This document shows, piece after piece, positions 38,550 to 47,403 of a stretch of 64,000 bases of DNA. The first letter of the stretch is position 1. Every line of letters begins with the position of its first letter. A program made the position numbers and the translations under genes. The DNA lies in assembly GCA_964344305.1 (NCBI GenBank), contig CAYFMT010000007.1:26886-90885 (forward strand), written 5' to 3'. The notes beneath the pieces were generated by a model. It was not told the DNA's origin. It saw only the letters and a program-made list of their open reading frames with translations, and did not search any database. This stretch comes from an uncultured bacterium (lineage in GTDB: Bacteria; Fidelibacterota; Marinisomatia; Marinisomatales; JABMOV01).

Positions 38550-40079
38550 TTATAAGTCGAATTTAATTCCCTGAGCCAAAGGCAGGTCCTTGCTCCAGTT
38601 TATTGTGTTTGTCTGGCGACGCATATAGGCTTTCCAGGAGTCTGAGCCTGATTCCCTGCCGCCTCCTGTCTCCTTCTCACCACCAAACGCTCCGCCAATC
38701 TCTGCACCGGATGTCCCAATATTGACATTGGCAATTCCACAGTCGCTGCCGCGAGAAGATAAAAATTCTTCTGCATGCTGAACATTCATCGTGAAGATAG
38801 ATGACGATAATCCCTGGGGAACGCCATTGTGTAGTTCAAGTGCATCATCCAAATCCTTATATGTAATAATATATAGGATTGGGGCAAATGTTTCATGTTG
38901 CACTATATCCCACTCATTCCTTGCTTTTACAATGGTAGGTTCGACAAAAAATCCATCACCATCCATGGCATTTCCGCCATAAAGAATTTCACCACCTGCT
39001 TCTTTTACTTTTTCTATAGCTCCACTATAATCCTCTACCGCAGCCTGGTTGACGAGTGGCCCCATAAGTGTACCATCCTCAATTGGGTTGCCAATTTTCA
39101 CCTGACCATAGGCATGGACAAGTTTCTCAATCAAGGTATCTGCTATGGACTCCTGAACGATGATACGACGAGTGGATGTGCATCGCTGGCCTGCAGTTCC
39201 AACTGCACCAAACACAATAGCTGGAATTGCCATGGATAAATCCGCTGATTCATCCACGATGATGGCGTTATTTCCACCCAATTCCAGAATGGATTTTCCA
39301 AACCTCTTTGCGACTGCTTCACCAACATGTCTTCCCATATAGGTTGACCCTGTAAAAGAAATCAATGGTACGCGAGTATCTTTGATCAATTCCTCACCAA
39401 TGGTGGAGCCTCGACCAATTATGATACTAAAAATGCCTGAATACCCATTTCTTTCCATGACACTGTTGCAGATATTCTGAACGGCAATGGCACAGAGAGG
39501 TACAGTGCTTGATGGTTTCCAGATGACAGTATTTCCGCAAATAGCAGCGATGAATGCGTTCCATGCCCATACCGCAACGGGAAAGTTGAAAGCACTGATG
39601 ACGCCTACAGGACCGAGTGGATGCCATTGTTCGTACATGCGATGATCGGGACGTTCTGAATGCATGGTATTTCCATACAGCATACGTGATTGTCCAACAG
39701 CAAAATCCGCAATATCGATCATTTCCTGGACTTCCCCATCACCTTCAGCCTTGATTTTCCCCATTTCCAGCGATACGAGGGATCCGAGTAAATCTTTATA
39801 CTTTCGTAATTCATCCCCCATCTGACGAACAAGTTCACCACGAATAGGAGCCGGAACTTTCCTGAATTCCTTAAATGCTGTAACGGAATCCTGTACCACC
39901 TGCTCATAATCGTTTAGACTGCATTGATAAACGTGTCCAAGAGTCTCACCTGTTGCTGGATTCAAGGATGTTAGAGTCCCTGCATCTAATGTTTTTGACC
40001 ATGTTCCTGTTCCTGTACAGGCACCATAATTGTATTCTTTTATCCCAAGTCCTGTTAAGATATCGTTGATTGTGGACAT
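38550..40079 (-). CDS. pcd: ALDH7-type aldehyde dehydrogenase (alpha-aminoadipic semialdehyde / piperideine-6-carboxylate dehydrogenase)
   Basis: 509 aa with ALDH motifs (ELGGNNA, catalytic GTAGQRCT). N-terminal and overall pattern resemble antiquitin/Pcd, and it lies directly downstream of lat. Confidence 0.8.
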   Translation of the reverse strand: MSTINDILTGLGIKEYNYGACTGTGTWSKTLDAGTLTSLNPATGETLGHVYQCSLNDYEQVVQDSVTAFKEFRKVPAPIRGELVRQMGDELRKYKDLLGSLVSLEMGKIKAEGDGEVQEMIDIADFAVGQSRMLYGNTMHSERPDHRMYEQWHPLGPVGVISAFNFPVAVWAWNAFIAAICGNTVIWKPSSTVPLCAIAVQNICNSVMERNGYSGIFSIIIGRGSTIGEELIKDTRVPLISFTGSTYMGRHVGEAVAKRFGKSILELGGNNAIIVDESADLSMAIPAIVFGAVGTAGQRCTSTRRIIVQESIADTLIEKLVHAYGQVKIGNPIEDGTLMGPLVNQAAVEDYSGAIEKVKEAGGEILYGGNAMDGDGFFVEPTIVKARNEWDIVQHETFAPILYIITYKDLDDALELHNGVPQGLSSSIFTMNVQHAEEFLSSRGSDCGIANVNIGTSGAEIGGAFGGEKETGGGRESGSDSWKAYMRRQTNTINWSKDLPLAQGIKFDL

Positions 40080-40171
40080 TTTTTGCTCCTAAAATGTGGA
40101 AATGTTGTAAAAATCCAGCAGAGAAGTTATTAGTTTAAAACACGAGAAAAAATGCTAGTGAATAGATATAT

Positions 40172-40203
40172 AAAAAAACCTGTCTATTATGACAGGTTTT
40201 TTT
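40172..40203 (-). terminator. rho-independent (bidirectional-type) terminator
   Basis: 8-bp stem AACCTGTC / GACAGGTT with a 6-nt loop, flanked by A7 on one side and T7 on the other. It sits just 3' of the selenoprotein gene stop at 40208. Confidence 0.8.
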
Positions 40204-40207
40204 GAAT

Positions 40208-41248
40208 TCATTCTTTTTCCAGGAATTTATTTTTCTGTTTCAGATAGTAATCGTCATCCGGTTGAAGTGCAATACACTTGTCAATAATCATCACCGCATC
40301 ATCAATTTTACCTAACTTCCATAACACCTCTGCCTCTGTATCCATCACCTGGGCTATTGCAAGTGTCTCTTTCTCTTCGATCATTGATACTGCACGTCGA
40401 ACTTTTTCTAAGGCATCATTCAAATAAAGATCCAGCTCGGTCATCCGCCAGGCATACCCATTCAATAAACTGTAACTGTCCTTACCCATTTTTATGGCGA
40501 GATCTGTCAGTTTTTTGTAGGCTTCAGCTTCTTCCGAGTGTGCCTTTGCTTGTTTGAAGTGTTTAACCAGGGATGAATACGCGGTAGGCAAATATTCACT
40601 TTCCGGGAAGGAGGTAATGAAATCAGTAATTCTATCAATCTTTCCCTCCTGGGAAAGTCTGTACTGGGCACTTTTTAACTTTGCATATTCAACCAGAGTT
40701 TCATCGAGATCAGCTACGTTTTTCCAGGCGTCCATAGCACTGGATAAATCACCTTTATCCTCGTATTTCTCAGCGAGCGCTTTCAACATCTCTATATCTC
40801 CAGGATTCTTCTGCAATTCTTTTTCCATGGAAGATATTGTACCAAGATTCTTGCGAATCCTCTCCAATTCGTCAATAAACTCTTTTGGGGGTAAATACCC
40901 TACTATCCGATCTATCTCCTCACCATTCGCATCAGCAACAATGGTGGTCGGGAACCCCTGAATATGATATTTATCCTTAAGAAATGGTCCATTGCCTTTT
41001 TCACCATCCACTTTAAGGGCCAGAAAATATGTTGATGCGTATTTGATAACTTCCTTATCAGAAAATGTCTCGGCATCCAGCCGTTTACACCAACTTCACC
41101 AATCTGTATAAAATTCAATCAACAACAGTTTTTCCCCGGCTTCTGATATCAAATCCTCATAGGATTTATCAGACCAGGGGAATTCCTCTGGAATTGACTG
41201 ACAGGCAAATAGTACTAGCAGAATTGTTGATAACAATATTTTATTCAT
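40208..41248 (-). CDS. thioredoxin-fold (U-x-x-C) + TPR lipoprotein; predicted selenoprotein with in-frame TGA at 41096..41098 read as Sec
   Basis: The ATG at 41248 is in frame (79 codons) with the track ORF 40208..41011. Translation reads MNKILLSTILLVLFAC...LLLIEFYTDW-[TGA]-SWCKRLDAETFSDKEVIKYASTYFLALKVDGEKGNG..., so the TGA replaces the first Cys of WCxxC. A SECIS-like hairpin follows. Confidence 0.7.
41064..41091 (-). promoter_or_regulatory. candidate bacterial SECIS hairpin
   Basis: The mRNA 4 nt after UGA can fold as GGUGU-AAA-CGGC-UGGAU-GCCG-AG-ACAUU. This gives a 5-bp lower stem (2 G-U pairs), an internal loop, a 4-bp GC upper stem, and a G-containing apical loop starting 16 nt after UGA. 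Confidence 0.5.
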
Positions 41249-41261
41249 GATTTGCATAATC

Positions 41262-41675
41262 TCATTCACTTAAATGTTCTTTTAATTTATTCAGTACTTG
41301 TGCTGGAGGTCGCACAGGTTTTTGACTCTTTTTGGAGATGAATACATGGGTGGTTGACCCTTTAACCAGGACTTTATTTTCATTTTGTCTTACTATTTCG
41401 TATTCAATTTCTAATCTCAATTTCGGCAACTCTCTGATTGCGGTCCGAACAATTAGGTTGTCCTCGAATTGTGCCCCTTCAAGATAGTGACAATCAGCAT
41501 GGACAACCGGCAGGTAAACGCCTAAAGTTTCAATGGATGTAACATCCAATTCGATGGAAGCCAGTAATTCTGTTCGCGCTGATTCAAAATACTCCAGATA
41601 ACGGGAATAGTAGACGATACCCATTTGATCAATATCGCGATAATACACTTTTACGTGATAATCATGATGGATCAT
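41262..41675 (-). CDS. 4HBT-family acyl-CoA thioesterase (YbgC-like)
   Basis: 137 aa. The pattern VYYRDIDQMGIVYYSRYLEYFE.ART matches the hotdog-fold YbgC/FadM signature. Confidence 0.8.
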   Translation of the reverse strand: MIHHDYHVKVYYRDIDQMGIVYYSRYLEYFESARTELLASIELDVTSIETLGVYLPVVHADCHYLEGAQFEDNLIVRTAIRELPKLRLEIEYEIVRQNENKVLVKGSTTHVFISKKSQKPVRPPAQVLNKLKEHLSE

Positions 41676-42631
41676 CAGTTTTCGGTATAGGATCCCAGTT
41701 TATCATATTTTTCAATGCGTGAAGCGAGAAAACTTTCAGGGGATGAATTGTATAAAGAATCAAGCTCTTCGCTGATGGCTGATTTCAGCAAATCGAAGGT
41801 AGACTTTGGATCCCTGTGAGCTCCACCATGCGGTTCAGGAATAACCCTGTCACAAACACCCATTTTTACTAGATCACCTGGGATAAGCTTCAAGGCTTCA
41901 GCTGCATCGGATGCTTTTCCTGCATCATGCCAAAGAATAGATGCACACCCTTCCGGACTGATGACAGAATACCATGTATTTTCAAGCATGAGCATCCTGT
42001 CTGCCAATCCAATACCCAATGCTCCACCACTTGCACCTTCACCAATCACAATGGATATTATAGGAACCTGTAACCGGGACATTTCAAACAGATTCTTCGC
42101 GATGGCTTCTCCTTGACCCCTTTCTTCAGCGCCAAGTCCAGGATAGGCACCCTGTGTATCTATGAGGGTTATAATCGGTCTATTAAATTTTTCAGCAAGT
42201 TTCATCAGTCGCAAAGCTTTTCTGTAACCTTCCGGTCGCATCATACCAAAATTTCTATACAGATTCTCCTTTGTATTCCTGCCTTTTTGTTGACCGATAT
42301 ACATTACAGAGCGTCCATTCAATGTACCCAGTCCTCCTACAGTGGATGGGTCATCAGCGAAATGTCGATCACCGTGTAACTCAACAAAATCGGGAGACCA
42401 GTCAGTAATGTAATCCAGAGTGTATGGCCTTTCGGGATGACGTGCCAGTTGGACCCGTTGCCACCGGCTCAAACGTGAAAATATTTTCTCGATGGTATCG
42501 TCACGTCGTTTCTCCAGCTTCGTGATATCCTCTGCATTGCTTAGCGACGGATCATCTGATGTGCGCAATTCAATAATTTTTTCATCAAGATCCTTGATAG
42601 GATTTTCAAATTCCAGATATGTATTGGGCAT
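41675..42631 (-). CDS. accA: acetyl-CoA carboxylase carboxyltransferase alpha subunit
   Basis: 318 aa containing LDFE.PI..L...I..L, HP.RPYTLDYI, DT.GAYPG..AEERGQ.EAIA and GEG.SGGALG. Confidence 0.95.
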   Translation of the reverse strand: MPNTYLEFENPIKDLDEKIIELRTSDDPSLSNAEDITKLEKRRDDTIEKIFSRLSRWQRVQLARHPERPYTLDYITDWSPDFVELHGDRHFADDPSTVGGLGTLNGRSVMYIGQQKGRNTKENLYRNFGMMRPEGYRKALRLMKLAEKFNRPIITLIDTQGAYPGLGAEERGQGEAIAKNLFEMSRLQVPIISIVIGEGASGGALGIGLADRMLMLENTWYSVISPEGCASILWHDAGKASDAAEALKLIPGDLVKMGVCDRVIPEPHGGAHRDPKSTFDLLKSAISEELDSLYNSSPESFLASRIEKYDKLGSYTEN

Positions 42632-42640
42632 ATTCTTCCG

Positions 42641-44695
42641 TTAAAATACCGTTTTTAAAATAATCTCCAGATCCAGTGTCAAACCCTGATTCTGGATATA
42701 GTAATGATCCAAAACTCTTTGATCATCAGCGGAGAAGTTAATATTGCGAAGTCTCTGCATCCCAGTAAGTCCGGGGATGCAAATTAAGTGGGGATCATCT
42801 ACGTTGGTGGGGACAAGTTTGGAACCCACGAAACTCATTTTACCCTGAATGATCTGCGCCATCAAAGGTAAGTATTTGATGAATTGAATTTTGCTGTCAA
42901 AGATACTTGCATTAATTGTCGTATTGTCCTCACCCCAGTAATCCTGTCGAATTCGTCTTCCGTGCATGAATAAGTACACAGGACTACAAATAATCATTAT
43001 GGCGGAAGCAAATACAATATCAAACAGACGCTTAACGACCCAGTTAACTCGATGGAATAGTGTGTACTCAATATGAACAAACGAATAATCACCTAATTCC
43101 TCAATGGATGCCTTACCCAGTAGAATATCCTGGTTGCGAGGTACCATGCGATATGTCAAACGCAAATCCTTAGTATTGTCCATAATGGATAATCCATTTT
43201 TCGACACATAGGAGCTGGATGGAAATATAATTTCACGGATTTTTAATTTGTCAATAATACCACGGATATCTGAGATCCTGCCTACGAACGGAATGGGTAA
43301 CTCATCCTGTGGTACCGTTAACTCAGAATCGCAAAATCCAACTAATTCAAGACCGGTTTCAAAGCGTTTGGATAAATGTTTTGCAATTCGAATGGCTTCT
43401 TTATCCGTACCAATAATTAGGGTTTTCCGCGCAAACAGTATATTATTCTTATCCTTTACCTGTGTGAAATACCCACGACTCATCCAGTAATGAAACAACA
43501 TTCTCCAGCCGGGAATCAACACGGTAATGAGAAGGGTTGCAACAATAATGACCAGGCGTGAAAATGCAAACTGTTTGAAGAAATAAGTGAATGCAGTGGC
43601 AATAAAAAATCCGGACAAAGATGACAGTATTGCACGTGTGTATGACAGAATATATCTTGAATAGAGTTGAAATGTTGCATTAATGATTAACCAGAAAACA
43701 ACATAAATCCCAGGGATGAATCCTCTGGTAACTACTACGGGTTCAAAATCTGTAAACCGGATGGGTATGGCTATAGCAAACGCAGTCAACACGGCAAATG
43801 CATCCAGCGAAATCGACAGGATCTGTGATTTTGACCCGCCAATGATGGCAATGGTTTTCCTGAATCTGACACCTGCTTTCACCATAAACCGAGTCATTCG
43901 CTTTTGACCAACGGAGAAATATTTATCCGCAAATAAAATCATGGCAGAGTAAAATGCCTGAATACTGTCATAGGGAGCTGATTTTACAGATTCGCCATGG
44001 AAATGGATGATTTTTGCTTCAGGTAAATAATGAATTTCCTTTCCGCTTATTTTCACCTGGAAACAGAGATCAAGATCTTCCCCGAACATGAAATATCGCT
44101 CATCAAAACCATGAAGATCATGGTAAAGGTCGGACCGAATAAACATGCATGACCCGCTGATGGCTTCCACTGAATGTATGTCATCTGGATCTAGATAGGT
44201 AAGATTGTATTTTCCGGCCCATTTGGAACGAGGGAACAATTTTGATAATCCCAATAATTTTGGCAGGGCAACCATAGGTCTGGGGAATGACCGTTTGCAT
44301 GCAGGTTGAAGAGATCCATCCGTGTTCAGTATTTTTGGTCCCACCATGCCAACATGGTTTTGGGATTCCATGTAATTGACGAATGTTTCAACGGTGGATT
44401 CCTCAAGGATCGTATCCGGGTTCAATATTAAATAATAGTCGCCATTTGCAACATCTGCAGCCTGGTTTACCGCTTTCCCAAACCCCAGATTTGTTGAATT
44501 ATGAATGATTTGAATATTCTCGGGGAGATCCTTGATTGCCTCTGCAGAGCCATCGTATGAGTTATTGTCAACAACAACAACATCGATATCACCCTTATAA
44601 CTAGAGGATAAAACCGTATCAATACAATGAAGGAGGTATTGTTTTACATTATAACTGACAATTAAAACCGAAACAGTCGGATTTTTGGGGTCCAT
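42641..44695 (-). CDS. fusion protein: GT2 glycosyltransferase + polytopic membrane region + CoA-binding-like domain + degenerate bacterial sugar-transferase (PGT) domain
   Basis: The N-terminal ~290 aa is GT2 (VSVLIVSYN...VVDNNS.DGS...DED). The middle has ~5 TM helices and a WbaP-like Rossmann segment (TLIIGTDKEA..IA). The C-terminus resembles Bac_transf (KRLFDIVFASAIMIICSPV...PGLTG...LDLEIILKTV) but is shortened. Confidence 0.7.
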   Translation of the reverse strand: MDPKNPTVSVLIVSYNVKQYLLHCIDTVLSSSYKGDIDVVVVDNNSYDGSAEAIKDLPENIQIIHNSTNLGFGKAVNQAADVANGDYYLILNPDTILEESTVETFVNYMESQNHVGMVGPKILNTDGSLQPACKRSFPRPMVALPKLLGLSKLFPRSKWAGKYNLTYLDPDDIHSVEAISGSCMFIRSDLYHDLHGFDERYFMFGEDLDLCFQVKISGKEIHYLPEAKIIHFHGESVKSAPYDSIQAFYSAMILFADKYFSVGQKRMTRFMVKAGVRFRKTIAIIGGSKSQILSISLDAFAVLTAFAIAIPIRFTDFEPVVVTRGFIPGIYVVFWLIINATFQLYSRYILSYTRAILSSLSGFFIATAFTYFFKQFAFSRLVIIVATLLITVLIPGWRMLFHYWMSRGYFTQVKDKNNILFARKTLIIGTDKEAIRIAKHLSKRFETGLELVGFCDSELTVPQDELPIPFVGRISDIRGIIDKLKIREIIFPSSSYVSKNGLSIMDNTKDLRLTYRMVPRNQDILLGKASIEELGDYSFVHIEYTLFHRVNWVVKRLFDIVFASAIMIICSPVYLFMHGRRIRQDYWGEDNTTINASIFDSKIQFIKYLPLMAQIIQGKMSFVGSKLVPTNVDDPHLICIPGLTGMQRLRNINFSADDQRVLDHYYIQNQGLTLDLEIILKTVF

Positions 44696-45420
44696 TATTT
44701 ATGCCAGCCAAACATCTTCCATAGTCGAAGTCGCCAAACCATGAAAATGGCTTCAAACATTATGTGACGTGACATTTTTGATTCACCAATGGTTCGGTCG
44801 ATGAAAATAACAGGATGTTCCTTAATGGTAAATCCTTTTGTCCAGGTACGGAAATTCATTTCAATCTGAAATGAATACCCCTGTGATCGAATTGAATCAA
44901 GATCAATGGCCTCCAATACCTCCCTTCTCCAGGCTTTAAAACCTGCAGTGGCGTCGGAGATGGGTAAGCCGGTGATTACACGACTGTATATATTGGCACC
45001 GTAACTCAGGATCAGCCTTGAAAGCGGCCAATTGACCACACTGATCCCATTGCAGTATCGGCTGCCTATAACAAGGTCATTGGTTTCAAGTTCTTCGAGA
45101 AGCAGTGGGACATCACTGGGATCATGTGATAGATCAGCATCCATTTGAATAATGGCTTCATATCCTCTTTCCAGTGCCCATTTAAACCCAAAACAGTAGG
45201 CTGTACCAAGACCCTGTTTACCGGGTCTTTCTTCCAGGAATAAATGCGGGTGTCTTTGCTGATGCTCTTTGACGATATCGGCGGTACCATCCGGTGAATT
45301 ATCATCCACGATTAGGATATGTGCTTCCGGTGCTACCAGTGTCACATGACGAATTAAATCGGAAATATTTTTCCGTTCATTGTAGGTTGGTGATACAATA
45401 AGGGTTTTCAAGGCTGCCAT
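44695..45420 (-). CDS. polyprenol-monophosphomannose synthase-like GT2
   Basis: 241 aa containing SPTYNE..NI, VDDNSPDGT, GLGTAY and MDADLSH.P, typical of Dpm1/Ppm1-like enzymes. Confidence 0.85.
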   Translation of the reverse strand: MAALKTLIVSPTYNERKNISDLIRHVTLVAPEAHILIVDDNSPDGTADIVKEHQQRHPHLFLEERPGKQGLGTAYCFGFKWALERGYEAIIQMDADLSHDPSDVPLLLEELETNDLVIGSRYCNGISVVNWPLSRLILSYGANIYSRVITGLPISDATAGFKAWRREVLEAIDLDSIRSQGYSFQIEMNFRTWTKGFTIKEHPVIFIDRTIGESKMSRHIMFEAIFMVWRLRLWKMFGWHK

Positions 45421-45429
45421 TACTTTCCG

Positions 45430-46311
45430 TTAGTTCATTCGGTCCCGAATCTGTTTCAAACAGACATCAAGAGCGTCGCATTTCACACCTAATTTGTTTT
45501 CAATTTTTGTGGTAATCAAACCACTTTTTAACGGTCTTTTTGCCGGTTGGTCCAATTCGACGGTGGAAATTGGAGAAATCAGATTTGGATCAAGGTCAAA
45601 CACCGCTGCCACCATCTTTGCAAAGTCAAAACGATTCAGCCAATCTTTCCCACTATAATTGTACACACCTGTAGCATCCTGATCCACAACTGCTTTTAGT
45701 GCATGGGCCATGGAAACGGTCCACGTTGGATTGTTCCATTGATCATCCACCACATTGATAGGAGTATTTTTACTTAGTGAATCCACTACCCATTTAACAA
45801 AGCTTGCTGTGGTAAAGTTTGTATAATCAAATACGACATTGGTACGAATGATACACCAGGAACCGGAATAGGATTTTACAAGGGATTCAGATTCCAGCTT
45901 GTTCTTTCCATAAACGTTGATGGGATTGACAGGATCTGTTTCAGTATAGGGACCATTCTCCCCATCAAAAATATAATCAGAAGATATATGTATAAATTTC
46001 GCATCCAGCGAATGTGTCAGTAGATGATTGACAGTTTCAACATTTATCTTGTGCGCGAATTCAGGCTGTCTTTCACAGTTATCTACATTAGTCATGGCAG
46101 CCAGGTTCAATATGACATCAGGTCGAATATCAGCAATTAACTTCGCAAGACGACTTTCATCGGTAATGTCAACAGTTGCATACTGCACAGCCTGTTTCGG
46201 TGGCTCACGAAGAAGGTCAACCCCAAAAATATGGTATTGTCCCTGGAACAAATCCAATACAGCCTGTCCAAGTTGTCCCTGGGCGCCGGTTATGAATAGC
46301 TTTTTCTTCAT
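45430..46311 (-). CDS. rfbD: dTDP-4-dehydrorhamnose reductase
   Basis: 293 aa with N-terminal ITGAQGQLG, STDYIFDG and other RmlD substrate-binding patterns. Confidence 0.88.
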   Translation of the reverse strand: MKKKLFITGAQGQLGQAVLDLFQGQYHIFGVDLLREPPKQAVQYATVDITDESRLAKLIADIRPDVILNLAAMTNVDNCERQPEFAHKINVETVNHLLTHSLDAKFIHISSDYIFDGENGPYTETDPVNPINVYGKNKLESESLVKSYSGSWCIIRTNVVFDYTNFTTASFVKWVVDSLSKNTPINVVDDQWNNPTWTVSMAHALKAVVDQDATGVYNYSGKDWLNRFDFAKMVAAVFDLDPNLISPISTVELDQPAKRPLKSGLITTKIENKLGVKCDALDVCLKQIRDRMN

Positions 46312-47318
46312 TATTCCTCAATTCTAAAGGAATGAGCAATTACATCCAATTGTTTCATATAGATCACTTTCCTTTTTTGTGGGTAATGGGTTAATAGATA
46401 TATAAAATACGTTTTGTCTGATGCACCATCGTAGAACAGGTAGCTGATAAAGGGACCACCCTTTGGGTCTTCAATAGATTCCCAGATACCCGTATATCTC
46501 CAAGCATTCCAGTGCTTGAATTCATCCAAATCAGAAGTAAATCTATAGTCATGAGTACTTATGTGCCCAAATAGTTCTGTCGGGAGTGTCTTTGCCATGT
46601 TGGCTGCAGTGGTTGAATCCTCAGCAATGACTCCATCCTGGGCATAAATTCCAATCCATTGGAATGGTGTTTCTCGTCCAAGCCAGACAAATTGCTGTTC
46701 CAGGCTGTCCATAATAACCTCCCACCCCCATGGGATTTGAATAGTCCAGGGATATTTTTCTGCCAGTTCACTCTCGACTTTTTTTCGACGAGCCGATTCA
46801 AGGAGAAATTTTTTCTGTTTCTTAACAAGGATGGAATCAAACTGTTTTTTAATCCAGGTTTCCTTTCCTTCCAGCTCATTCATTATGGTTTCTTCATTGG
46901 CCCCGCTGATAATCATGAAAATTTGGTTGTTGGCAAATTGATCAAAAGTGAAAATGACCTGATTTTCTCCCAAAATTGTTCTTTTGAAATCCGCCTCGCC
47001 AAGCAGGGATTTTACCAATTGAGTAGAAGGATATATATCTTTTGAACCAATAGACCCAATAATAACATTGTTCAGCTCTTTTACACCATCATAACCGGAT
47101 GGATCAACAAAGATGAATTCATAGTGGGGTTCCGGTTTTGGTGTGTACAATGTGTCATTAAAGATGGTACCGATGATTCGCATGATTCCATCCCTGGAAT
47201 GATCATCAACGAGTACCATAATCTCATCGTCAGCGCCAATAGCGTCCCTTTTTATATCACATGCAAAAAGTCCAAATATGATAGGTAAAATGACGATTGT
47301 ACTGGTAGTATGTTTCAT
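46311..47318 (-). CDS. hypothetical lipoprotein
   Basis: The ATG at 47318 gives MKHTTSTIVILPIIFGLFAC (signal peptide plus lipobox). About 335 aa. No family confidently recognised, though it may be DUF4837-like. Confidence 0.55.
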   Translation of the reverse strand: MKHTTSTIVILPIIFGLFACDIKRDAIGADDEIMVLVDDHSRDGIMRIIGTIFNDTLYTPKPEPHYEFIFVDPSGYDGVKELNNVIIGSIGSKDIYPSTQLVKSLLGEADFKRTILGENQVIFTFDQFANNQIFMIISGANEETIMNELEGKETWIKKQFDSILVKKQKKFLLESARRKKVESELAEKYPWTIQIPWGWEVIMDSLEQQFVWLGRETPFQWIGIYAQDGVIAEDSTTAANMAKTLPTELFGHISTHDYRFTSDLDEFKHWNAWRYTGIWESIEDPKGGPFISYLFYDGASDKTYFIYLLTHYPQKRKVIYMKQLDVIAHSFRIEE

Positions 47319-47403
47319 TCGATAACCATCCTTTGCCACGTAAAAGTGATTGACAGAACGTTAAAAATTATGTCATAGATATTGATGAGTAAACAAGGAA
47401 GGA

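Noticed and set aside
41096-41098. Alternative genetic code (TGA read as Trp or Gly) as the explanation for the in-frame TGA.
   Set aside because: TGA terminates well-conserved genes in this window at their expected C-termini (gpsA at 6478..6480, nusA, asnS at 63036..63038), so the standard code applies.
40912-41118. 68-aa track ORF (MNFIQIGEVGVNGW...) spanning the TGA region of the thioredoxin-TPR gene. I also considered that the locus is a frameshifted or nonsense pseudogene.
   Set aside because: This ORF is out of frame with both flanking thioredoxin-fold segments and has no recognisable fold. Reading straight through the TGA restores a perfect W-x-x-x-C-K-R-L-D thioredoxin motif with no frameshift. 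A pseudogene cannot be fully excluded, and that is stated as the refutation condition.
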